Assembly (NCBI GenBank): GCA_964106645.2
Contig: OZ067040.1
Strand: one strand, 5' to 3'
From: Podarcis pityusensis
Taxonomy: Eukaryota
Length of the DNA stretch: 64,000 nucleotides
Both the position numbers and the translations under genes were made by a program. Of the stretch, positions 52,731 through 64,000 are shown one piece after another. Position 1 is the first letter of the stretch, and every line of letters starts with the position of its first letter. The notes under the pieces are model-generated. The model saw nothing but the letters and a program-made list of their open reading frames with translations, searched no databases and was not told where the DNA came from.

Positions 52731-55700
52731 CTGCAAAACGGGAGAGAAGAAATGAGTACGTCTCTAGCAGATGAGTTTGCAGATTCAATAATAAAATCAT
52801 ACGTTTTCTAAATAAGGTAATTTATATACAAATGTGTGTTTGCTAAGGAAGCAAAAGAAAACCATGGCCAAAAAGAGAAAACCACAGCAAGAAACAGGAA
52901 TATATAAAGGCGAAAGGGAGGTGGAAAGCATATGAGCTTTGCTTACTTTTCAAAAAGATTTCAATATGAGACATAGCTGAGAGGCAACAAAACTAAAAAC
53001 TGTAGGGGCAACGTTTGAGAAAAGAAACAACCTTATCACAGTGGTGTCAAGTTTCTCCTATACAAGTAAATGGCTGCCATTTGCTCCTATGACAAAAAAT
53101 AAAGGCTGGAATCATGGCCAAAACCACCAACCCACCACCTCTGAGATCAAATGGCTGATCTTAAATCTGCAGAGATGTTCACAAATTTATCCAGGCAGCC
53201 AATTTTCAGAAGGACAGTCCACAGGGCATTACGATTTTAGAATAAATGCTGGAAATTTACAGACCTTCACCCTGAACACATACTGACATGGTTTTTTTTA
53301 GTTCCAGTAAAAAATATTTAAAGGTACTTGAGTTTTGGTATATTGAGGGTTATACAGCAACTATTATAAAGTATATGAAGGCTAATCTTAAAAGTCCTAC
53401 AATATGTAGAAGAGCAGGTAGCTTGCTTCTTTGCTGAAAGAGCAGCAGAGTATTGTCGCATTAGTGCAGCTGTCTTAGATGCACAGTGCCAGGTGCTTAA
53501 TGAAAATTAAGAATAGGTTTTAGCTCACCATTACCAGCATTGTTCCTATAAAAACATTTAACTTTCCATAAAAAGACTGTGGCCCTGTTCACACATAATA
53601 GTAAAATATAGTTGATGGTTTATAATAATCACACGTGAGTGGGCTCTTTCATTCTTTCCTGCTTGCGCTAGGGAGAAGCCATGCAAAGCCAGGCTTTCCT
53701 GGTAATCAAACTGGACGTACTGATCATAGTTTGTTAAAACAAACCATGATCCCTGGTTCAGACATAACACAAAGGGAGGGATCAAATTCCCCACTGCCTG
53801 CTCCCCCCTCCCCCCCCAGCAAACATACAGAGTAGTGAAAGCGTCCTCTTAGGTGCATTCACAATAAATTGTTAACTGTGGTCTGTCCAAGCAAGACTGC
53901 AGAATGCAAATGTGATAGATACATGTATAAGGCTTATAAATAGTGATTAGCCATGGCAAGTAAGTACTGTATTGTCTCAAGGTGAAGAGGCCAGAAAGCA
54001 TTACAGAAGTTTGATCTTTATTTATTTTAGACCTAAACACAGATCAGCTACAGACTTTGGTGGACTGATTTCTTAAACTGAAATATTATATTCAGAGTCT
54101 GGTCAGTTTTAAAACAAACAGTAATTCTTACTGCAGAATACTATACATTCTTATCTAAGCTGCCCCTGAAAGGCACTATCTCATGGGAAACTGAAACTTG
54201 TTTGTAAATACCAGTAAATGTCAAAGCCATTACTTATTTGCGTAGAGAAGTAGAATGGGACACATGCACAACGCCTGTCCCCTCCTCTTGATATACAATC
54301 CAGAGTATAATTGACAGAACACAGCTTATGGTGATATTTAATAAAACTTGAAGTCATGGGGAAAGAAAGAATTTCCTGCTTTGGCCTGTTCCACCTTTTA
54401 ATAAAATTAGAAGAACTGATTCCAATTTTTGTTTTAGCCTAAGGAGAGATGTTCTGAACAGTAGGAGCAGCAGCAGAATTTTCAGTGTATGTCAGCAACT
54501 TGTCCTGTATACAGTAATTTCATTTGTCATTTGCCCAACCAAGGCCTTTTCTGTCAAGGTCTTATACAATTGTACCAGTTAGTGAATACAAGAAGAAAAA
54601 TGTTAGAGCTAGCCCAAAATTTCTCATAAAGTATTTCTTTCTGAAGTTTTCCCTTTTTCTCACCTACAGTTGAAAAAGAGGACACCTTGCAGAACATTTT
54701 CTGAATCTTCTCTGCCATTTATTGTGACACAAGCCATCAACACACTTTCTACTGGAACTACTTACATTTTCCTCTAAAAAAACCTCAGTTTTACTCTGCC
54801 CCCCACCCCACCCCCCACCCCCCGGCCATTTTATTCACAACAAGTACTTGTGAAGTAAGCTAGGGCAGGCTGAGAGATGAAGGCTGGCCCAAGGTCACAT
54901 ACTATAAAGGTGTAATCAGCACACTTTTCAATATAAAACGACAAAAGTACAGCAGTTTAAAAATAAGACATTTCGTGGTTAAGCCAGTTGCTTAAGGCCT
55001 ATGAGCAATAAATATTAACGTCTATTAACATACAATACTGCACTAAAATTCTTAGTGAGAAATGGAAAGATTTCTACAGGAAACCTTTGTCAAAAAAGCT
55101 AAAGAAAGAAGAGTGGGGGAGAGTGTGTAGGAAAGGGGAAATAGAAAAGCTCCAATCAGCATTGATATGTTCAGATTTGACAACTAAAAGATGTGCATTC
55201 TTGTCTCCTTGAAAATATGCTCCAAGCAAGATCCTTGGCAAAAGTGGAGGACTCTAAGATGGTTGGTTGAACTGACCGTTCACAGATGTGCTAACATATG
55301 GAAGCCAGTGTCAATGCGCTACAACCTGTTGTACAGTGTCAGCAGTATAAATGACAGAACAGGTTGAATTCCTGTTAATGGCCATAAGTAGTGAAGGACA
55401 ACTGTGACAGCTATGTCATGGCAACTCAAGTCTACCATCTCAATGCTCAACATGGTACAAAACAGAACTGTTTTGAATAACACCTAAATATTTAGCCAGT
55501 ACTTAGATATAGCATCTATTCATTTTAAGTGAAGGAGAATTTATTTTAGGTAAAACTTTCATGATTCGATTGTCAGTACATTTAAACAAAATATGCACTG
55601 TTAATTATCAATTCCAAGGAAAAAATTAAATGTCAAGACTGCCACCCTGGACTCCTTCAGGGAGGAAGAGCAGGATATAAACTAAACAAACATTTCACTG

Positions 55701-56044
55701 CATCAACCAAGCATCATCATGGTAGGCATAGAAACAGGTAAACAGAAAAAGAACCAGAATACTCTGATCTGCAAAACAAGAAACAATGTTTTTCTTCATC
55801 AAACAAATAGCTTGAAAACTTAATGGTGTAACTTAAGAATGGGTGGGAAAGTTTTGATAAATATTTTTACGGACAATAATACTGTAGCGATATCAATACC
55901 AAAGGTTTATCACAAGAAATACAGTATGTCACAAGAAATACAGTATGTCACCAGTATGCCAGGTTCGAGTTAGTAGTGAATTTAAAAAGCTTAGAATTTA
56001 AAAATATTTAAAGTCACAACGATCTTAGATTACTTTTTGACCCT

Positions 56045-56363
56045 CACTTGCAGAGCCCCTTCCAAAGTGCTCCGCGAGACAGCACTTTGAAATGGGCTTA
56101 GTGGGACCCAAAAATAAGCCCCTTCCAAAGTGCTTTGGATAGGGCAAGGAGCCTCTGGCCATTGGACTTAATCAGGTCTGCCAGGCCTCCCCATGTGGTC
56201 CATGAGGCTGTTTCAGACAAGCCACAACCACATGGAGAAGGTAGAAGACCAGTTCAGCCAAAAAAGGGTTTGCAAGCACTGCCAATGAGCTGATCTGTGG
56301 TGCCTGCAAAGCGCTTTGAAAGGGGCTTAGCAAGACTCTTGTCTGAAAGGTGCTGTGCAAGTG
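56045..56363. mobile_element. Foldback/MITE-like element with reiterated inverted subunits
   Basis: Ends cacttgcaga / tgtgcaagtg; unit gccccttccaaagtgct present in direct and inverted copies. Confidence 0.55.
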
Positions 56364-58431
56364 CAGGGCAAAAAAGTCACCTGATGTCATTGTGATATTA
56401 AGTAACTGACTTTAAAACTTGGCCCCAGGAGAGCCAAGGGAGATAACTATCCACCATACCCCCAAGATTGGACAGTAGGTACCACTAATCAGCTGTTCAG
56501 AAGGGCCAGCAAACTCTCTTTTGCCTGAGCCAGATTTTTACCTGCCACACATGTGATGTCATATATGATGTACGGTGTAGGGAAGATGAGTGTGGCTTGG
56601 ATGAAGTGGCCTTGTGGACCAAACAGGGAGGCCTGGCAAACCTAATCAGACCCACGGGTCAAAAGTTTCCTATCCCAAATTTATGGGAAGAAAAACAAAT
56701 GGTGTGTTAGGTAATGACAATGAAGAAACATTTACATAGGGTAGGATAGAATTTGAAACTCCTTTGAATCTTTGATAGCCTTCTTGGATTGAAAGAACTA
56801 CAAACTACAAGAACTACAAACATTAAAACATGCTTAAGAATTTTCTTTTTAAAAGTGTAGATATTTTAGAAACTTAAAAGTAGTTGTATACTAACAGCAC
56901 CTCACCCTACATAATTGTAGAGAGGCAGGGTAATAGAATTCTAAAAATAGGAAATTATCCTGTTCCTATTAATTGTAAATTTAAAATTAATGGAGAAGGA
57001 GGGGGCAGGGGAGAAATGCCTCCCATTCATTTATTTAGCTCTGGATACGAGAAAATGGTACCCATTGGCCCCACTTCATCCTTGGACACTTCCCTTGGTT
57101 TCTGTCAAGGCCCTCTGTCCAGCAAAATAACAGTTTTATAAAAGGTGCATCTAACGGTGGAATTCCAGAATGTTTGCTCAAAAGTCTCATTGAATTCAGC
57201 AGAGCTTGCTTCACAGATCTTAAGCCACAGATTTAAGGCTGCAATCCTAAATGTATGTAACTAGGAAGTAAGCGCCATTTAAAACAGTGGCACCTATTTC
57301 CAAGTAAACATAGTGGAGAATCTCAGGCCCAAGAGCTAAATGAAACTCTTCAGATCTCTATTTACTTCTCAGTGCTCTCCCTAAGCCACACCTCTCTCTG
57401 GCCCTGTTCCCATGCCTTTCCTGAGTGCTCTGCCTACATACATTGTTCTACCCACTTGACCTGTGGAACCACCCACCACTAGAATGCAGTCCATAGAAGG
57501 TTCTTTGTGAAGGAGCATGGCCTTGAGGCTGAAAATTGTATATATGATTTACAGATGTATAGGATTGTGTAGCTGATGCCTTAAAAACTATCTACAGCAA
57601 AAAGAAGTGACACATATACTAAGTGGTGGTGTTTTTCAATCTGAGCCATCTGTGGTTATCCAGAAAAAGAACCAAGATGAGACAAGTTCCTCTTTTGCCC
57701 ACTATGTGACCTTCTCCTTTTCTTACAAACTACTGGCTTCTCTAAGCTCCAAATTACAAGACACCATAATTATTGCTACATTATTGCTAATAAAGAAAAC
57801 GTTACCCAGCAATGCTAAAGCACAAGTTTGGGTTTTTTAAAAACGCCACTAACTGCATTTTTTGAGCACACCAAGCAGAAACAAAGCTCCACCTTCCAAT
57901 TCAGCTGAAAATCTACTCTAATAGCAAGGAGTACTGCCATAATACCTGGCTTCACAATTTCTTCCACTGATAAAATTACCCAGCCGTAACAAATAAAAGA
58001 ATTATTTATGTCCTCTTAGTACATAAATGTTGTGTGAGCCACTAAGTCTCTAGATAAGTCAAAAGTCTGCATCCCTAATATTCAGAATAGTGGAAAACAA
58101 ACAGAAGGGCCCTGTAGCTATGCACACAATCTGTCTTAGCAAAACGTCTGACAGCTGCAACACTAACAAAATTAACAGTGGATGAATTAGTACCAGACGC
58201 AGAACAGTTGCTATAGAAAGAATCATCAATTTCTTTCTTTTTTCCTCAATAACCTAACAGTTAAGAGGGAAAAACTCATATAAAAATCATTGCCGTTTTA
58301 TTTCAACATGATACGCCATAATAAATTTCTACTGATCTAAAGAAAAAGGATTATGTTAGGCAAAGCATTTCAAATTTAACGTGTGAGTGCCATGCATGTG
58401 AAACATGCTACCAACGTGAAGTTGCTCTTAC

Positions 58432-58562
58432 TTTTGACAGAGCTGGCTGAAAAGAACTTTGGGAGAAAGAGGCCCTTTTCCAGTTTCTTTCATGCTGTGA
58501 AGGAACAGGAACATAGCTGAAGTCAGTGGCCCAGGACTTGAAAGGTTCACGACCAAAGGTTC
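58432..58562 (-). CDS. USP45: USP45 exon
   Basis: [43 protein letters not shown](K). 131 nt. Confidence 0.96.
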
Positions 58563-58760
58563 CTTTAGGATCAAAATAAATATCAGATGTTAATTCACAG
58601 TATTTCCTCTTAATTTATAAATGTAAACTAAACAGTTGATGAAACAGCTAATTAAAATTAGGAAAAGGTGGGAACCCTAAATCTCTCAAGGTTGGCACTT
58701 CATGTGTAAAGAAAAACAATTTGTATAATTAATTAATTAATTAAAGATTTAAATTAATTA

Positions 58761-59572
58761 ATTAAGATTGCTGGAAGAAATATCAACAACCTCAGGTATG
58801 CAGATGACACAACCTTGATGGCAGAAAGTGAGGAGGAATTAAAAAACCTTTTATTGAGGGTGAAAGAGAGCGCAAAATATGGTCTGAAGCTCAACATCAA
58901 AAAAACGAATATCATGGCCACTGGTCCCATCACCTCCTGGCAAATAGAAGGGGAAGAAATGGAGGCAGTGAGAGATTTTACTTTCTTGGGCTCCATGATC
59001 ACTGCAGATGGTGACGGCAGCCACGAAATTAAGAGACACCTGCTTCTTGGGAGGAAAGCAATGACAAACCTAGACAGCATTTTAAAAAGTAGAGATATCA
59101 CCTTGCCAACAAAGGTCCGTATAGTAAAAGCTATGGTTTTCCCAGTAGTGATGTATGGAAGTGAAAGCTGGACCATAAAGAAGGCTGATTGCCGAAGAAT
59201 TGATGCTTTTGAATTATGGTGCTGGAGGAGACTCTTGAGAGTCCCATGGACTGCAAGAAGATCAAACGTATCCATTCTTAAGGAAATTAGCCCTGAGTGC
59301 TCACTGGAAGGACAGATTGTGAAGCTGAGGCTCCAATACTTTGGCCACCTCATGAGAAGAGAAGACTCCCTGGAAAAGACCCTGATGTTGGGAAAGATGG
59401 AGGGCACAAGGAGAAGGGGACGACAGAGGACGAGATGGTTGGATAGTGTCTTCGAAGTTACCAACATGAGTCTGACCAAACTGCGGGAGACAGTGGAAGA
59501 CAGAAGTGCCTGGTGTGCTCTGGTCCATGGGGTCACGAAGAGTCGGACACGACTAAACGACTAAACAACAAT
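58761..59572 (+). mobile_element. BovB (RTE-clade) LINE, 5'-truncated, with open RT C-terminal frame
   Basis: IKIAGRNINNLRYADDTTLMAESEEELK...GVTKSRTRLND*. Includes the YADD motif and a (CAA)n tail. Confidence 0.97.
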
Positions 59573-59839
59573 ATTTAAAATATAGCATTTTGTTTGAGGA
59601 CAGTCTACTTGGTGAGCATTTTGAACAAGCAAACAAAGAACAAAGCAAGATTTAACATGCCTTGCCATTTATCAACATAAGGAAGTGCAATATATAGACT
59701 AAAACACATTTTACAAGGATAATTTTTTTTTTAAGTCAAGTGTGATTTTTAATTTTGTTTTAGAGCTGAGCATGAAAAAGACATATGTGGGTTGAAATGT
59801 TATTTGGAGACAAAATTGGACATCAGTTTCTCCTTAAAA

Positions 59840-60555
59840 CAGTGGTTTTCAACCAGTGTGCCGTGGTACCCTGGGGTGCCCTGAAGGATGGTCAGGGGTG
59901 CCGCAGGCAACACTGGCCTCTGTCCCTCTTTCCTTTTGATGCCCTCTTGCGTCTCTGCCTCCTAAAGGCTTGCACAGCTGTTTGTTGCAGCAGTCCTGGC
60001 TACAAGTTCCCCAGGTGAATGGTGCCTTTGGTGCTGGCCAGGGGGTGCTGGTTGCCAGGAGCTGCAAGCAGGAGCCCAGTCAGTCGGCCCTTGCTGTAGG
60101 GAATGGACAAGTGGGAGGTCAGGCAGGCAAGCAGGAACCACACTTTCTTGTGCTTGCTGTGTGCAAAGCCTGCCTGGGAGCTGAGTGCCCAGTGCTGAAG
60201 TGGAGCCTTTACACCCGGCAGCACCCGCTGCTGCCACCCAAGGTAAGGTGCTGGCCTCACATTCTTCACCTTTGGCTAGCCTCCATTGGGCCACTGAGGC
60301 TGGAGACATCCTCTTCCCAGGCCACTGTGGGGCAGTGTGAGGAGGCATCTCTCTTTGGGACGGGGGGGGGAGGGCAGCTCAGAGAGCAGGGTGGCAGAGG
60401 AGTGGGGAGAGGAGAGGAGGTTTGAAAAAGGTGAGAGGCTGCCAGCTATGCATACAAGGGGTGACATAACTGGGCTCTTGAGCCCCACAGGGGCTCCACA
60501 TTAAGAATGTAGTTGGTCAAGGGAGCCTTGGACTCAAAAAGGTTGAAAACCTCTG
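59840..60555. mobile_element. Non-autonomous hAT (Charlie-like) DNA transposon
   Basis: TIRs cagtggttttcaacc / ggttgaaaacctctg, degenerate 8-bp TSD ccttaaaa/ctttaaga, GC-rich non-coding interior. Confidence 0.8.
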
Positions 60556-60882
60556 CTTTAAGAAGTAAGAACACTGCTGAATCTCAAGGTCCATCTAGTC
60601 TCACATCCTGTTCCAACAGTGACCAGACGACTACAGGAAGCTGGAAAGCAAAACTCAAGTCACACTTCTCTTTTAATTTAGCAGAACATCACCCCAGTCA
60701 CTAATTTTATAGAACAATATGTCTAAAAACTAAAGTAGAGGCAGATATCGTGATCACTGAATAAATATTAAATTGGTCAAGAATATATTCACCACTATCA
60801 TTTTTCAATGTCCAGTCAATGCCATTCCCAAAGGAGGGTCCTCTGAATATTTCACACAAAGCATTTCTCACTAAATGCTTAC

Positions 60883-60978
60883 CAGTTGAGATGCAGGACT
60901 CTGACCAATTTTAAGCTTTGTCCCCTTTTCTTTAACTTCACACATTAGTTCATTTAACAAGTGTGTCTGTGCCATGTT
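60883..60978 (-). CDS. USP45: USP45 exon
   Basis: NMAQTHLLNELMCEVKEKGTKLKIGQSPASQL. 96 nt, tag/gtaagc boundaries. Confidence 0.94.
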
Positions 60979-61814
60979 CTAAAGAAAAAAGGAAGGAAAA
61001 GGTTATAGATGACATTTAATTGTTAACTGGACTACTCTAACAAATTATTATTGAAAGTGAATTTATACGGTGGCAAGCATAATTCTCCTTAATGGCAGTA
61101 GTATAATCACAATCCAAAGAGCTCCTTCAGAACATATGTCCAGCGAGGCTTCTGACCATTTCTTTAATGTGCAGCTGCCTATGCCACATCAAAAACTGCT
61201 TTCGAAATTCCCTCAAGTTTCAGATTCTGCAAACTGCCATTTTAAAAATACATACTTCAAATTCTAACTGGTCACACAGTTAGCAGCAACAAAACTGCTT
61301 CTACACTAGCTGCTCAGTTCAAAATTATCATAGTTTTTTCACTCAACAAATAGATCAGCTAGATGACATCTTTAGATCAATGTTTCTCCTTATTCTTCCT
61401 CTGTTCCATTTAGGAGCTCATTTATTTTGACTTTTAAAAAATAATAAAAAAGAGCAGCACAACTCCTGCAATAGTAGATCACCTTTGTGCTACAGTTTAA
61501 TTAAAGTTGGTCCTTGCACTTCTCCTTATCTCCCACTACCCCTTGAAATGCAACTACTACAAGAATAAAGGTACTGATATATTGCTAAGTAATATAAAAT
61601 AATTGAAAATGTAGCCTAGTATCAGGTGAAAGTTCAGAAAACAGGATGGAGCAGTCCTAGGTAGCCAGTGCAGCAGAAGAAGGCTAACAGGGAAATTCAT
61701 TACCAGATTTTTATCAGCATATTTTGGAACCCAAGACAAAAATAAGTGCAACCTGCAGCCTTAATGAAATATATAGGTGTACTTCAGAATACGGTGGTGC
61801 ATCTTAATTCTTAC

Positions 61815-61966
61815 CTGCATGACAGCATTAAAGAAGCATGTGTTCCCTAGGTTATTAATGCCTTTAACTGGAACTGATGCCCAACTAGAGCTGATGCCTT
61901 TGCCCTTTAATATGTCACTTGCTTCATTGTTTTCTCCATGTAACCATATAATTTTTGATGATGAAC
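61815..61966 (-). CDS. USP45: USP45 exon with catalytic Cys box
   Basis: ...SVPVKGINNLGNTCFFNAVMQ. 152 nt, aag/gtaaga boundaries. Upstream exons are beyond the window. Confidence 0.96.
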
Positions 61967-62317
61967 CTTTAATAGAAAAGAAATAGCAGTAACAACTATG
62001 GGTAGAAAGTCACTGTGTGCTTATGAAACTGATATAAAAGACAAAGCAGTGAAGACTTATCCACAGATGCTTGATCAGTACAACCTAATTAGAATAACAC
62101 CAAGTTCCTTAAGGTAAATGAACACACTTTTTTTGAGATTGGGATCAGCTAGCACATGTACCATCACATGTGCTGAATACCATGTTTGTACTCTTGACAT
62201 AGGAAGGTTTGCTAGTCAGAATCTTATTGTCCTGTCATATTAGCTGTCCTTAAACTCATAAAAGTGTGTAAGCAAAATGTTCAAACTACAGGCAATATCT
62301 GAACTTTCAATATCTGA

Positions 62318-62378
62318 GCATTGCAGAGAGTTGACTATATGTCCCTTGGGTTCCCTTCCAACTCATGCTTCTATGAAC
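62318..62378 (+). mobile_element. CR1 3' end fragment
   Basis: gcattgcagagagttgactatatgtcccttgggttcccttccaactc...ttctatga. Confidence 0.6.
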
Positions 62379-62539
62379 TACATGTTTAAGGGAATTTCTG
62401 ACTCCCTTTTCTTAAACAGAAGTCTAAGATTTTCCCCAAAGGACCAGATTAGAGATACACCTTAACTGTGTTTTAATCTTTGATGTAATTTTGCTGTTAT
62501 ATTTTGTGGTACACCTACTGGGCTTTGCTGGAGCAATGT

Positions 62540-62587
<48 letters not shown>
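62540..62587. repeat. (GATA)n microsatellite
   Basis: About 12 perfect units. Confidence 0.97.
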
Positions 62588-64000
62588 TCAATTTTGAAAG
62601 CAGCTTAGGGTATGGGTAAGGAATCATCTGTTAAAAGAAAAAAACAAAATTTGGCGGGGCTAGCACATGCACCTTGAACAAGCCTAAAACAGGTATTTAT
62701 AATGGTAAAACTGTCATGTGTGAAGTGGCTCTCAGCCTTTATCCCAAACCAGCCACACATTTAGGTGTTCTCTGCTATGAGGGCTATACTTATATGTAAC
62801 TATATATCTAAATGACGGTTGTATATAGGTGTTGGCAGATCATATGATTAAAAAGGCTATAAAAATATAAAAGCTATACCAGACTCATACATGTAGGGCA
62901 ATTTCTGTGTCTTGCAATACTTCATATATTTTTTCAAGTACATAGTAACATGCACTGTGTACATGACTCCAATGTTCAAGATGTGTAAGACACATGGTAT
63001 CTATGGCCCAAAGAATTATGGATAGCAGATCATATATATATGGCCACTGATTCAAAGGGCAGCAACAATGCTGTTCTATTAGCAAACGCATTTGAGGCTG
63101 AAAAACTATTATCCCGCAAGGCGTGCTCCGCTAACTTGAGACTTTGGGGTGGGGATGATGATGTATATACCCAAGCATAACCCCAGTTTTCAACCCCTTA
63201 AAGTAAGAGAACCCTTAAACATTAAAACATAAATACACAGTTCAGAGAACAGCATTACTTTCTGAAATAATCCTGAATATTCTGGGTTGGACAAATGAAA
63301 AGTTAGTTATCAATGGAGCCAAACATTCATGACTTAGTATCATGTTGTTGGTCATCATGGTCATTTCAACCATCAATATGAAGAAATATACATCCTATCC
63401 ATACTATACAGAATGCACATAGATACACCATTAAAAGACAATGTTAGCCAATTTATACATACGTATATATTTTAAAATGCAAACCAAAATATTTAAGTTT
63501 CTTTATTTCATTGACAATCAGGTCACTACAGTCCACCATATTATCCTTGATGAACATTCTTCTCAGTTTTTAGTCATGACTTAAGTCCTATTGATTTAAA
63601 TGGGAACCAAGTGCAAGTAACAGTCTACAAACTTCCATTATTTCCCTTAATATATCCAAGAATCACACAACACTCCCCTCACAGCCTCTGTTGACTATTA
63701 TACTATGTCTGAAGGGCCTTTCATGGAACTTATAAAATGCAGAGTATATGCCAGATGCTAGAAAGTCTTGTTCATAAATATTCCAGTGGTGGCAGAATTG
63801 AGAATCGTGCAGCACAATTCAACACATTCCACTCAGACATTAGTCCCATTAAGTTAATTCTGACTTACTTCCAGGCAAGTATGTATAGGATTGTAGCCTT
63901 GGCATCCTGCCCATCAGGAGAGCAAGAGCTCAAATAAGTTTGCAGCAGATCTTCAACAACTGGATGGATATCATATTTTCCCTATAACATACTTGCACTG

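Noticed and set aside
58754-59536. 260-aa minus-strand ORF (and the 160-aa ORF at 25121-25603)
   Set aside because: Antisense shadow frames of BovB coding sequence, not host genes.
59785-60488. Cluster of GC-rich ORFs (up to 151 aa)
   Set aside because: They lie inside a non-autonomous hAT element and show no transposase motifs; GC richness explains the lack of stops.
1-64000. CRISPR arrays, rRNA, snoRNA genes or prokaryote-like systems
   Set aside because: No regularly spaced repeat-spacer structure, rRNA similarity or convincing C/D or H/ACA box architecture was seen. The window is explained by three spliced vertebrate genes plus repeats.

Overview
Vertebrate genomic DNA, almost certainly from a lacertid lizard given its Sauria/Squam SINEs and BovB RTE LINEs. 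It covers the syntenic block COQ3 - PNISR (SFRS18) - USP45, all on the minus strand. I reconstructed exons by hand from splice sites and recalled protein similarity. COQ3: exons 1-2 and a CpG-island promoter (~1-3.2 kb). PNISR: whole gene (~5.8-24.3 kb) with 10 coding exons, one mostly hidden in a 158-N assembly gap, plus an alternative terminal coding exon. USP45: the last 13 coding exons (31.8-62.0 kb), including the Cys and His boxes; the ZnF-UBP 5' exons lie beyond the window. Introns hold typical squamate repeats (BovB, L2, CR1, Sauria SINE, Squam3-like SINE, hAT and Tc1/mariner MITEs, microsatellites). Most listed six-frame ORFs are spurious. I see no new multi-gene system. The best leads are a decayed hammerhead-ribozyme-like fold in a repeat downstream of the USP45 stop, several candidate unproductive or alternative splicing switches in PNISR, and an assembly gap that swallows a PNISR exon. 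Comparisons to human and mouse come from memory, not from a search.
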